From Hemiscyllium ocellatum (taxonomy: Eukaryota), in NCBI RefSeq assembly GCF_020745735.1, contig NC_083421.1, positions 38,679,001-38,743,000 of the forward strand: 64,000 nt of DNA, in the 5' to 3' direction. The position numbers and the translations under genes are program-made. The stretch's first letter is position 1; the number at the start of each line of letters is the position of its first letter. The notes beneath the pieces were generated by a model. That model did no database searches. It saw nothing but the letters and a program-made list of their open reading frames with translations, and was not told where the DNA came from. Positions 12,608 through 24,751 of the stretch are shown here, piece by piece.

Positions 12608-13695
12608 TGGATGTTGGTTAGCTCGCTGAGCTGGAAGGTTTGTTTTCAGTCGTTTTGTTACCATACTAGATAGCAACATCAGTGAGCCTCCGGATGAAGC
12701 AGTGGCAGCACGGTCTGCTTTCTACTGTGTTTAGGTTTCCTTGGGTTGGTAATGTCATTTCCCATGGTGATGTCATTTTCGGTGATGTCATTTTCTTTGA
12801 TGTCATTTCCTGTTCTTTTTCTCAGGTGGTCGTAAATGGGATCCAAATCAATGCGTTTGTTAATAGAGCTCCAGTTGGAATGCCATGCTTCTAGGAATTC
12901 TCATTGACATTAGTTTTGCGTATTGTCTATATAGGATCTTTCAAGTTCATTAGCTGTGTTTTAGTGTGTTGATGGACTTGTGGACTACCATGACACCAAG
13001 AGGTCTGAGTAGTAGCATCATGGTGGCCCACAAACCCACAAACACACTAAAACAGCAGCTAATGAACTTGAAAGACCCTATACAGACAACAAGCAAAACT
13101 AATGTCATTTACAAAATACCGTGCAAGAACTGTAACAAACACTACATTGGATAACAGGCAGAAAACTAGCCACCAGCATACATGAACATCAACTAGCCAC
13201 AAAAATTCATGACCATTTTCACTAGTATCCTTACATATGGATGAGAAAGGACACTACTTCGACTGGTACAACACATCCATCCTAGAACAAGCCAAACAGA
13301 AACACACACGAGAATTCCTAGAAGCATGGCATTCCAACTGGATCTCTATCAACAAATACATTGACTTGGATTCCATTTACCATCCCCTGAGAGAAAAGAG
13401 CAGGAAATGGCATCACCACAGGAAATGATATCACCAACCCAAGGAAACCTAAACACATAAATAGAAAGTGGGCCATTTGGCAAATGACATTAGTTTTGCT
13501 TGTTGTCTGTATAGGGTCTTTCAAGTTCATTAGCCACTGTTTTAGTGTAAAACAGCCACCAGTGCTTCATCCAGAGGCTCACTGATGATGTTACGTAGTA
13601 TGGTGATGAAATGTCTGAAAACAAACCTTTCGGCTCAATGAGCAAACCTACATCTAGAACCTCAACCTGACCTACAAAACTTTCAAAACTTGCTA
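12608..13695 (+). mobile_element. Penelope-like element (GIY-YIG endonuclease end) with inverted pseudo-LTR and extra internal inversions
   Basis: NVIYKIPCKNCNKHYIG..TGRKLATSIHEH..HYFDW..REFLEAWHS; 12608-12902 is an inverted copy of the 3' end; 12-bp TSD atactcttcatt at 12596-12607 and 13696-13707. Confidence 0.9.
13579..13618 (+). ncRNA. Minimal type I hammerhead ribozyme motif in Penelope pLTR
   Basis: tca-CTGATGA-t-gttac..gtgat-GAAA-tg-TC-tga: core boxes intact, stem I tca/tga, stem II weakened by wobbles. Confidence 0.65.
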
Positions 13696-14957
13696 ATACT
13701 CTTCATTATCAGGTACACAGCCAACCTTTTTCTCTTCTACAGATTTCTCCAGCAAGGCACAAGTCTAAAATCATTAATATATATCAGAACCAGCAATATC
13801 CCCAACAGTGCGCCCTGTGGAACATCACCAGAAGCCACTTTCTATTCTCAATAACCTCCATCAACCCCTACCCTGATTTCCTGTTGCTGAATCAATTTTG
13901 GAGCCAACACATCCCATTCCCTTATATCCCATGGACTCAGTTTTTCTAAAGATTCTGCCATTTGGGCCCTCATCAAATTCCTTACTAATAGCCATCTAGA
14001 CAACACTGCACTACTTTTGTCAATTCTTCTTTTTATTTCCTCAAAAAATCCAATTGTTAGTGAGATATGAACTTTCCTTAATGAAAGCATGCTAATTATT
14101 CCCAATTAATTTGTGCCTTTTTAAATAACAAGTAATTATATTCCTCAGCATTGTTTCTAGTAATTTGCCCACTATGGATGTCAGATTGATCAGCTTTCAA
14201 TTGGTTGGTTTATCCCTTGCATTTCTTTTGATTAATATTTACATTTGCAGTCCTCCAATTCTCTGGTATGTTGACTATATCTAATAAGGGTTGGAAGTGA
14301 TAATCAAAGCCTCTGCAATTTCATCCTTCCTTTAACAGCCTAGGACATAATTCCCTGACCCTAGTCATTTACTCAGCTTCAATGAGGTCAGTCTGTCCAG
14401 TAGTTCCATTCTCATCTGGTTCATTTTATCTAAAATGCATTCTCTTGTCAGCTACTTCAGAATGTCTTCAAAAGACTCAATTAATTTTATTGGATCTGAC
14501 CTATGCTTTCCAAAATCATGCAGGCTTTATCTAATCAGCTGAAAATTTTCATACCCTTGATTATAAACTCCACAATAACCAAAGAACAGAAGTCAGGCTA
14601 ATTGATCGGTTGTTCCCCAGTTTCTCTCTATTTTAAAATAATGTTGTTAACACGTGCTTCTATCTAAATTTTAATTTCCCAAATTAGTCAATAATAATTA
14701 GAACAACTGCAATATTCTTCAGCTTCCAGAAAAACTTTTGGATGGAGCCATCTGTTGCTCAGGATTTGTCATTCTTTCGTTCTTTGATATTCTCCATTAC
14801 TGTTATTTTACTTGCATTAGTTTTAACAAGTGTCATTGCTGATTCAATGCTGATTTTCTTGGGGTGTCTGGCATGTTGATCCCAAGCTGTACTGTAAATA
14901 CTCAAGCAAAGTGATTACTGAATATTGCCATTTCATTATCATCATTAGTAATATCTG

Positions 14958-15435
14958 ACATTGATGGGCCCAGCGTAGGACTTGCCAAGGCGGCATTGGC
15001 TTTCAAGGTAGTGGCAATGTCGGGGTGGCCTCTGCGTTTGGCAGAAACAACAGCATCTGCGGTCAGCTCTGGGAATGTGGTAGGCCCAAGTTGGAATTGC
15101 TGATATTGACGGGAATGCCGGTTGCTTTAGTGGCAGCACGGGAGGCCTGGTGTGCTGCTCCTGGTGGTGCGACACTTGTGGCCACTTGAGATCAAGTGCT
15201 TTTAGCAAGTGCAGTCCCAGCACAGTTAAACACTTGAGGAAAACTACAATGTTTAAATGTCTTGATTTATTTCTTTATTTTTCTACTTATTACTGGAAAG
15301 GACTATAATGTTTAACTTTCACATTGTTCTTTGTTTCTTTCTTTTTTTTGTGCCTAGGTATGTGTGTGGTGACATTGTAAACTTTTGTACGTGAGTGCAA
15401 GTGACAGTAAGTTCTAAATTTCTGAAATCTGAATC
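14958..15435 (+). mobile_element. Non-autonomous retroelement with GC-rich body and Rex1/Babar-type 3' tail
   Basis: 3' end gacattgtaaacttttgtacgtgagtgcaagtgacagtaa plus short repeat tail; related to 38911-39850 and 59671-59765. Confidence 0.55.
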
Positions 15436-16137
15436 AGTGGTATCTGTTTCTGATCAGTAATCTTTTCTTAATTTAATGTTAAAGAAAATTTTAGTATCAT
15501 TTTGATGCTCTTTCCACATGTATTTTCTTATTCCTTTTCATCTTTTTTATGCATTTCCCACTCAACAGGATCAGTATTTATTTTTGAAAATTATGACTCA
15601 CTAATAAAAGAAAGGTGTTAAATGAAGATCAGCAACATCAGGGATAATGTATCCCATATCTGTTGAAATGAACTATTGAGTCATGCTCACACCATGTTTT
15701 GACCAGGTAATTTAATCATTATATTAAAGCTCTCTTTACAGGGAGATCCTTTATGAATACATACTTTTCAGGTTATCCGTTTAGTTGAGTTGTGGGTGTT
15801 GATATATAATGACATCATATGAAATATAATATTTCATCAACAAGTTATTTATAGTTCCAGGAACCACTTATAGTTCCGATATTGAGGATTCTTGTGCAAT
15901 TTTGGAAATCTACTTTTTTTTTCTAGAATTCCTTTCCAGGCAATATCAGGCGTACCGCCACCATGAAAAACTAAATATTTGCTAAAATTCACAATGTTAT
16001 TGTTTCTTTATTCAGAAATTATTTAGGTCCACCTTTGGTGTTACTGCGTGGCATACTTTATTCTAAGGCATAGGGTTCTAAGGCATCCTATGGTTTACTA
16101 GGATGTTGATAGTTTCATATCACATAGCCTTATAGTT

Positions 16138-16461
16138 AGCGGAGGTGATAGCCCAGTGATATTATCATTGGACTGTTAGTACAGAGACCTAGGTAATGTT
16201 CTGGGGACCACAGCAGATGGTGGTATTTGCATTTAATAAAAATCTGGAATTAGAAATCCAAATGATGAACATGAATTCATTGTTGATCGTCGGAAAAGCC
16301 CCGTCGAGAAAGAAATTGACATCCTTGCTGGTCTGGCCTATGTGTGACTCCAGAGCCGCAACAACAATGGATGACTCTTAACTACTCTCTGGACAATTAC
16401 AGATAGGCAATTAAGGCTATCCTCACCCATGTTGCCCTCATCCTGTGAATGAATAAATAAA
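16138..16461 (+). mobile_element. SacSINE1/DeuSINE-like SINE
   Basis: tRNA-like head, central ggtctggcctatgtgtgactccaga...gactcttaact block, LINE-type tail catcctgtgaatgaataaa. Confidence 0.75.
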
Positions 16462-17690
16462 GGACTGAATCTTACAATTTTGGGTAAGTGTCACATTTGT
16501 CGAGTTTCATGGATGTTTTCTTTCCATGACACCCAGAAAGATTTCTTGCTCCATCTTACCAAGCTGTCCTCCATAACTGCCTACCTTCCCTAATGATGCC
16601 CCTCTTATCTGACTTGAGCTTCACTTTAACACTCTGCATCCCTGAAACAACTCAACACTGCTGGGCTATCCCAGAATTGACTGGTAAACCTGGCATCAAT
16701 ATAATCTTTAAAAGGCACTATTGGCCCAGAGCTGATCTAGGTGGTTCCTAAGATATGCACTGGACATGGCAGCTAAGGGGAAAATTGGCAGGGACAAGAA
16801 GGACCTGGTTACCGGGGCTGTGTTTAGGTGGGACATCCTCATCCTCCAGGACTAGTAGAGGAGGCTATGACAGCTGGAAGCAAGAATTGAAGTTACTGGG
16901 TAGTCACACTGATGACCAGAAGGTGATCACTGGTGGACATGATCACTGGAGTCTGACTGTTTGGAAAATCATTCACAGGTTGAAGGCATCACTGATGAGA
17001 CAATTCATTTATTGCCCATCCCTAATCATCCAGGGGGCAGTTAAATGTCAATCGCAACACTGTGGGTCTGAAGTCACATGTAGGCCACATCGACTAAGGA
17101 TGGCAGCTTTCTTCACTAAAGGACAATCGTGAACCAGATGGGTTTTTCTGACAATTGACATTGGATTCATGACCAGCATTAGGTTCATGCCAATCTAAGT
17201 CAAGGCTGATGCCCAGGTCAGTGCTGTTTCAGCTGTCTGGAGCAGTGCAAGGCATTGTGGGAAGATGGTAATCACTTTCTTTGTTATAACAGTGTAAGTG
17301 ACACCATCTTCTCAATGTGATACCTCACACTCACTCTATGCCTGCTACGGTAACCACTTCCCATCAGGGTTCATGCTCTACTACTCTCACTATTATCTGT
17401 AACATCTTCACCACTCACTGTTACACACTCCAACTTCTGACACCACTGACCCTGAATGGCCTCAGTGCTGTTTACTCAGTCACTCACTCGGGGCACCTCC
17501 CCACCTCCTCAACAGTTACAGCTGTGCCACCCACTTTCATCTCTCTAAATACTTGCTTCTCTTTCATTCTAGAAGGAAGGGAGCCCAGAATAGGACAGAA
17601 GGAGTCAAGTTGGGTGGTAGACTACCCAACATTTGTCTCCTTACCTTCTGTGAGGGGAGGATCCTGGCTGTGATGGCCCCAAGTTACTGA
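16461..17690 (+). mobile_element. PIF/Harbinger remnant: left end plus two-exon Myb/SANT-like ORF2 (decayed), with a nested DeuSINE fragment at about 16990-17190 (-)
   Basis: End ggactgaatcttac...gagtttcatg resembles 29378. ATG 16766 MAAKGKLA..RWDIL; 17200-17275 AQVSAVSAVWSSARHCGKM; donor gtaagt 17294; acceptor ttctctttcattctag 17572; exon 2 KGAQNRTEGVKLGGRLPNICLLTFCEGRIL. Confidence 0.55.
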
Positions 17691-19166
17691 CTGTGTTTCA
17701 TCCCTTGGATTAGTATTGGAAGTTGCCTTTGACATCCTTTACTGGGATCCTTTACTAACCAAAAGCTTTTTCCAGTAACTTTGACTGAGAGCAGCTGACA
17801 ACATTACTAGCTTTCTGGCTTTAAACTGCAAAGCAAGGTAGCAGCATTGTGAGCCTGATATCTCTGACCAAGGCTCAAGGTGTAAAATTGGCAAAGCAAG
17901 ACAAGGCGGAAATGTTCAGCTCAGGGTGATTGACCTCGAAGACAGCAAAAGAACAGTCAGTGCCCTACCATTTCCTGAGTACTGCCCTTGGGCAAAAGCA
18001 AATTCCTTTCCTGGAATAATGTGATTGAATATCAATATAAAACTCTCTGCTACAATTTGAATCAGAAAAATAGAAGAATATAGGATTTAAGGAAAACCTA
18101 CCAGTGAAACCACCTTGTTACTACCAAGTATAGTGTCAGACCATTTTAATTGAACTACTGTGTCAAACCATAGCTCTAATAACCTTCTCTTTGAATCTGA
18201 AATCTATCCATTTTGTTCTTCTGTGTTGCAGCTGTACTTCTGTTCACTACGCTAGATGGCAGTCTGTTCCCTGCATTAACTATTTTTTTAAAGAATGATA
18301 TAATTTCATATTCCATTTGGAGAGTTTCTATGATTAGCACAATGATTTGAACACTTCAGCGTCCACTTTGCCAGTTCCCTTCATGATTTTTACAATAAAT
18401 TCACTGCCCCACATTGTTTCTGTTACTCAACTTGGAAAAGATTAGCTCCTCCCTGGTCTTCATTGTTTACCTTGATTCACTTCAAATCTCTTTGGGTTCT
18501 CTCAGGTTGACCAGAATAATAAGGAGAATTTGAAAAATTTTCATGTCATTTTGGTAGGAGTCCTTCAAGCATGAGCATTTAGTGGATTTAAAAATCTTAT
18601 TGATAAAGTTGTATTAATTGCCTAGGTTTGGTTTCACTAATGTTTTCTGAGGTGCAATTTTTACTCAGTTATTTGGAGTTTTAGATAGCAAGGACACCTT
18701 TCATTTTTAGGGTATTAGGAATCGTGAACAGGGAAAATTAAGCTGAGAGTCTCAGAATTTCTTGCTATACGCATCCAGCAAGAATTAAATGTTAAGGCAG
18801 AGATTCATGAATGAATCATCTATTCATGAGGTAACAGAATCTTGTCATGTCCAAATGCTTACAGCCTGTAGTCTGCAATGTATCTACCACAATTACAGGG
18901 TTCAAGAATGTTTGTATCTGAAATCATGTCCTCAGAGCTGGTCCTGAGAAATTGTGTATGTGACATGTTTTAGTACCTGTTGTAATAAAGATTCTGTATT
19001 CACTTTCAAAATGGAGTGATATTCTTACTTGCTATACATAGTGTTTCTACCCTAATGTCCAAGATGGGAATAATTTTTCTATCTTTCCCTAGAATGCCCT
19101 ACTTTTTATCCTAAAGTCTGTCAATTCTACTCAGTTCATTTTCCATCTTTGATTTACTTTGATTTA

Positions 19167-20093
19167 CCATATATAACCATGTAAAAGTTGAATGTTTTAG
19201 ATTATTTTTAAACGTTCGATAGGGTCGACTGTTACATGGGCACTAGTTTTGAGGGGGTGAAATTCCTGCTGCAGTTCAAAAATACCATATTATTAGCAGC
19301 AGTCAATTTGATCGCTCAACCAATCCTGGGTAATGAAGAAAAACAATGACTTATGGTAAAGGTAAATACCGATGAAAGCAAGAGAAACAAGAATAAATTA
19401 CTGGTAGGAAATTTTATTTTTACATACTTGTACGAAAATTTAACATGTCAAAGATTCATTAAAATCCTGCAAAATCACATTGTTCAATATCACCATGGCT
19501 TGGTAAAGTGGCACACTTAAAATGAAATATTTATTAAATTCTGAGTTTGTAAGCGTCTTAAACTTCCCCGCCAAATCCTTCCATTTCCCTCCCACTTACT
19601 CTCGTATGTAATAAATCTCAACAACGTTAACAAATTTGTCAAAGATTTAAAGATATATGGAGCTAATATATATCACTTTTACTCAGATATAATGACACAA
19701 TTAAAATGATTAACTTTTTAACGATATTTACTTTTGGATGTATAGTGAAGAAAGTGTGATAATTCTGATAGACTTAGTCCTGGTCGGAATGAATGAATGA
19801 ATCAAAAGGTGCTGTAGTAAACCAAGTGGGCTAAGTAGAGTTATGAATGAATGAATGAATAGAGACTCAATATAGTAAACAAAGAGCACTGAGTAGAGTT
19901 ACTGGTATGAATGAATGAATGTGATTTTGTTTAAGTGAATTAATGGGAATACGCAGTTTCCTTTGTAAGAGTTTTATAACGCAATACAGCAGGATCAACA
20001 TTTATGTGAGATATATGGAAAATACAAGATTTTTTGGCCAAAAATAAGTGGTCAACTTTTACATGAGATCAACTTTAACATGAGTATATATGG
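19167..20093. mobile_element. Tc2/pogo-type non-autonomous DNA transposon (MITE), copy 1
   Basis: TA-flanked TIRs ccatatataaccatgtaaaagttga ... tcaactttaacatgagtatatatgg; internal (gaat)n; colinear with 54202-55114. Confidence 0.85.
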
Positions 20094-20306
20094 TATTATT
20101 ATTGTCACATGTACCAAAGTACAGTGAAAAGTGTTGTTTCCCTGCTATCCAGACAAATCATACCTTACATATGTACATCAGGTAATAGAACAGAATGCAG
20201 AATATAATGTTACAGTTGCAGAGAAATATTAACTCTAATATTTGAGAGGTACTTTCAAAAGTCTGATAACAGTAGGGAAGAAGCTGTTCTTGAATCTGTT
20301 GGGATT

Positions 20307-20985
20307 CAAAGTTTGTGAGAAGATTTGTAGCTCGGGTGCTCGTTGTTGTGGTTCTGTTCGCCGAGCTGGGAGTTTTTCTTGCAAACGCTTTGTCCCCTTT
20401 CTAGGTGACAACCTCAGTGCTTGGAAGCCTCCTGTGAAGCGCTTCTGTGCTGATTCCTCCGGCATTTATATTGGTTTGAATCTGCCGCTTTCGGTTGTCA
20501 GTTGCTGTCCGTTGCAGTGGCCGGTATATAATGTACAAAATCCCATGCAAGGACTGCACAAAACACTACATAGGACAAACAGGAAGACAGCTAACAACCC
20601 GCATCCACGAACATCAACTAGCCACGAAACGACACGACTAGCTATCCCTAGTAGCCATACACTCAGATGACAAACAACATGAATTCGATTGGGACAACAC
20701 CACTATTATAGGGCAGGCCAAACAGAGAACAGCCAGGGACTTCCTAGAAGCATGGCACTCATCCACGAATTCTATCAACAGACACATCGACCTAGACTCT
20801 ATATATCGGCCACTGTAGCGGACAGCAACTGACAACCGGAAGCGACAGATTCAAATCAGTATAAATGTCGGAGGAATCAGCACAGGAGCGCTTCACAGGA
20901 GGCTCCCAAGCACTGAAGATGTCACCTAGAAAGGGGACGAAACGTTTGCAAGAAAAACTCCCAGCTTGGCGAACAGAGCCACAAC
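20307..20985 (+). mobile_element. Penelope-like element, 5'-truncated, with inverted pseudo-LTRs
   Basis: 20531 onward MYKIPCKDCTKHYIGQTGRQLTTRIHEHQLA..FDWDNT..ARDFLEAWHS (GIY-YIG); 20343-20530 is an inverted copy of about 20800-20985; 14-bp TSD aatctgttgggatt at 20293-20306 and 20986-20999. Confidence 0.92.
20910..20949 (+). ncRNA. Minimal type I hammerhead ribozyme (core intact)
   Basis: gca-CTGAAGA-t-gtcacct agaa aggggac-GAAA-cg-TT-tgc: stem I gca/tgc, stem II 6 of 7 paired, palindromic ACGU stem III, GUU cleavage triplet. Confidence 0.75.
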
Positions 20986-22589
20986 AATCTGTTGGGATTT
21001 TTGCATCTTCTGCTCGATGGAAGAGGGTGGAAGGGAGTTTAACTGTGGTGGGAAGGGGTTTTGGTTGTGATGGTTGTTTTCCTGAGGCAGTGAGAAGTGT
21101 AGAACGGAGTCAATGGAAAGAAGGCTGGTTTTTGTGATGGACTGGGCTGCGTTCACAACTCTCTGTAATTTCTTGTGATTTTGGACAGAGCAGTTGCGAC
21201 ATCAAACTGTGATGGATGCATCTGGATAGGATGCTTTCTATGATGCATCTATAAAAATCGGTAAGCGTCATTGTAGACATGCTGAACTTCCTTAGCTTTT
21301 TGAGGAAGTAGAGGGTCCACAATTGGACTTTTCAAAAAAAAAATCTTTAGTTGGACACCAAATTGTTTATCATATGTCAAAGGTCCTTGCCGCAGAATAA
21401 TTTTAATAAGGAATGCAAAATTAACTAGAATATTGGGGAGAAAGGATCTTATTTAATATGGATACCATTTTTACTTCCCCCAAGTGTGGAATAATTATAT
21501 TCTTACCAAGAATGATTTCAAAACTGTTGGATTTACAAATTGGAAGATGATTCTAGTTGCTTTATTCTTGGAAACCTTATTTTACGGCTTTGGGATAGGA
21601 CCACGTTTCCAAATCTGTGATGTTCTATGGCAACTCCGACAAGCTCTTGCACAAGATGAAGTAGAGACATTTTCCTAGGTCCACATTTGGGCTCAGACCT
21701 GAAATTAGTCCCATGTGTAATTTTAACAATTGATTTAAGCTGCCAGCATTTGTTCCATCTCTAGACTCATGAAGTAACAGAGTCTGCTTCATATGTTGGA
21801 TGGTGGGCTTAGCAGGATATCATTGAATATTTAGCAAACTCAGCAAATCACTTTTCTTTTTATACCAGGTCATTTCTCTACAAATACCAACAATAGCTTT
21901 GGCCCATCTACTGCTGTCAATAGCTCCTTTACTGATTACATAGTGTGCCACATCACTGCATCTGCTGTGACTTAATTCTATCCCATTGCAGGGTAACATC
22001 CTCAAAATTGAATAAAGTATTCCTGGTCTACAAGGTCACAATCACCGTGGAAATTATGAATCACCCAGAACTTCTTCTAAGTTCTTGTATTGTTCCATCA
22101 CGTGTCACAAACTAGACAATGCTACTATATTGAACTATTCCGAGAGGAGAATTTAGATATGCAGTGGGTGAGTTTTGGAAAATTCTAAGCATCAAGTTGA
22201 ACAACTTTAACCCTTGTGAAAAGATGCACAAATCATTATTGAGTAATTTACTTCTGCTACCATTGTACTTGTCATGTATGATGTTGTGTTAATAAACTGC
22301 AATTAAAGAGGAACATAAGCAAAGTCCAAAATATTGGGGAAATTCCAGGGCGTGGAGCTAGAATGTTTATGTATGCAATTTTTGTGTAAGTGAGTTTCTG
22401 TTGCAGTTATCCCATTACTATGCCACAACTTCTTATCAACATACTTTGCACAGAAAGTGAAAGATTGTGACTATTTGGAATAGTTTATTCAGTTCAAGAA
22501 ATGTAATAACAATTATAAATACCAGGAAGAGTAGGAGACCTTGTAATAAGGAATAACAATGAACAAGTTGTAAAGTAAGCTAATAATAT

Positions 22590-24115
22590 GCTATGCAACA
22601 AGAATTACAAACCTGGAGAAACGTTTGGGATGTACAGTGAGGTGTACGTAGGAAACAACTTAACCTGAGTGGATGTGTATTGAAAAGGTACATCCAGATG
22701 AAATTTGTAAGGATGAATCGAGGCTTGTGTCACAACGTTTTAAGTAAAAAACTGGATGAGCAAGATAAAATAGTAGATTCAGCAATGGCAGGGATAGCAC
22801 TTTCGAAAGTTTTCTTGGCTTTGTTGGGGAAAAAAATGTAACGTTCTCTCTACTTTTCTTACTGGCTATACAGGCTTCTGAGGGCCATGCATGGCTGCAA
22901 CTTTTGGAACCAGCCGTCAATGGTCCAATCAATGGCTGATGTGAATAGCTGTGTGTGGAATATTAGAGTGGCTGCATGCACAACCGAATAGCTTTGAGTG
23001 AAAATTACTTGGGAATGTAGATCAATTGATATTAAAGCAGGATTTCAGCATGGTGATCACTTTGTCCTCCAATAGAGGCAACAAATGCAGGGAGGTCTCT
23101 CTGGAAGTTAAATAAATGTGTATGTGGTCTCAGTAATATATTTAGAGTTTCGCACCTGTCAGTCAGGTCTCCCTTACTAAAATCTGGCTGTCTTCAGTTA
23201 AAAGCAGACTTTGATATCTTTTACTGGCTCCATGAGGAGCAGCTTTCAGACATCTTTATGATACATGTAGTTTTTTTTTGTGGAATGGGGGCAATTAATG
23301 TGAAAACATTGTCATAAGTCAGCTTAACGCAGAATTCAAAACTGCAAGTCGGGCTTCTGGGGCACTTGAGTACATTAGATTGGAAATTAGGCAGCATGAA
23401 TAGATTGTAAGTTTGCATCAGTAATCTCATTTGAAAATTATTATTCTCATTGATGATAGTTGAAATAGGGTTTAACAAAAAGATGCAGTAACTTCTAAAA
23501 CTGAAATGGAGGAATTGTGAAGTCTAATCAGAACATTGAATTGACTGAAGTAGAGCTAGATGACAGTTTTGAGATATCAGAGTTGAATGTAATTTCAGAA
23601 AATCTCAAGGTCGAAAGATTATTTGGGCAAACAAAACATTGAAAATTTTACAACAGAGCGCTTTTCACCATTTGGAGATGCCAGGAGCAAGGAACTTGTT
23701 TTTAATGATGTTCCTTCTGGAAAACCCTGAAAGTGTTCTCAAGTGCAGGAGGTTTATATATTTTTTCTTGTGGGAGAAGGGCGTTAAATTTTTCCCTTTA
23801 GCTTGGGAAACTGAAAGTATCAGAAGAGTACTAAAAAGTGCCTTAGTGCCTCATGAGGTGAGGTGGTGGATGTGACATTTACTAGAAGAATTTACTAATT
23901 CATCTGAAATATCCATAGAGTGCTACATCAATCTTCAGTCACCATGGTAAATGTACACTCTGTGAAATGTATGAATGAAACAAAACTGAGAACAAAACTG
24001 TTATTGCTGTTTTCGAACAGAAGTGGGAGAATGGTGTTATCTTCAAACTGAAATGGCTAGAGAGCAGCAGACAGCTATCTGATTGTATCGCAAAAAAGGA
24101 GCAAGCTCTAAGATG
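22590..24115 (+). pseudogene. Highly decayed Ty1/copia RT - RNase H
   Basis: Manual translation across frameshifts gives, in order: AMQQELQTW, ESRLVSQRF (KARLVARGF), VDSAMAG, WECRSIDIKAGFQHG (DIKxAFLxG), LWKLNKCVCGL, MIHVVFFLWNG (HVDDF), PLAWETESIRRVLKSAL (WxSKKIxRVVxSTL) and WLESSRQLSDCIAKKGAS (QLADxLTK). Confidence 0.8.
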
Positions 24116-24268
24116 TGTAGGTCATACTGGTAAAAAAGAAACTTGGAACTTTAATGTGCAAAGAAAAAAACAAGAAAATAGTGTGTTGCAATGTATATCT
24201 ATTGCTTTTTATTATTCACATTCATATTGATTAATCTGCTTCTGAATTGATTCTATAAATAGGGGAGC

Positions 24269-24751
24269 TATTAATTAGTGGCATGTGAGTGCTTTTGAAG
24301 TGTGATTAATTGAAATAAGTTCTGCACTAGAAGTGTGAACTGGAATTCTGTTTGCAAACATTTATCTTCTGGTGTATAAGACTCTATTGGTGTAGTATCA
24401 TTGGAACAGGTGGAGCAGATACTGAGAAACTGGGAGAATGGAATTAAATCCTAATGGTAAGCTTGTCTAACTTTACTTCTTCACATTCTGCATTCCTCAG
24501 ATTCAATTTCTGCTCAGTGTTACAATATTGTTTATGGGAGCTTCCTGTGCACATCTTGGCTGGTGTGTGTATGAATGACGATACTTTGAGGTAATTGAGT
24601 GGCTGTGAAGTTCTTGGAAACATTTGTAGGTGGTGAAGACTTGTGCACCTGAGTTCTTCAAGCTCAGATTGATACAGCATGGATGAAAACAGCCACTTTT
24701 CTGGTCTAACTGAAAGAGTCTTATCGCATAAATAATAGGAAGTCATTAACA
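24269..24751 (+). mobile_element. Putative 3' LTR of the copia fossil
   Basis: Purine run aggggag at 24261 followed by tattaat, ending attaaca at 24745-24751 (imperfect TG..CA inverted termini); position just downstream of RNase H. Confidence 0.35.

Larger units (their letters stand above)
10915..14950 (-). mobile_element. Cluster of old CR1 LINE fragments hosting an HE1 SINE and a Penelope
   Basis: Minus-strand ORFs 11129..11416 (YKPVSLISVKGKTLE, FKKAFNEASHQRLL), 12029..12391 (EKVQRRFPRMLPGL) and 13848..14105. Confidence 0.75.
20094..21316 (-). mobile_element. Rex1/Babar LINE 3' fragment, host of a Penelope insertion
   Basis: LYFLKKLRKFSMSTMTLTDFYRCIIESILSRCI, RFKNSFFPTVIRLL; 3' UTR ttttcactgtactttggtacatgtgacaataa. 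Confidence 0.85.
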
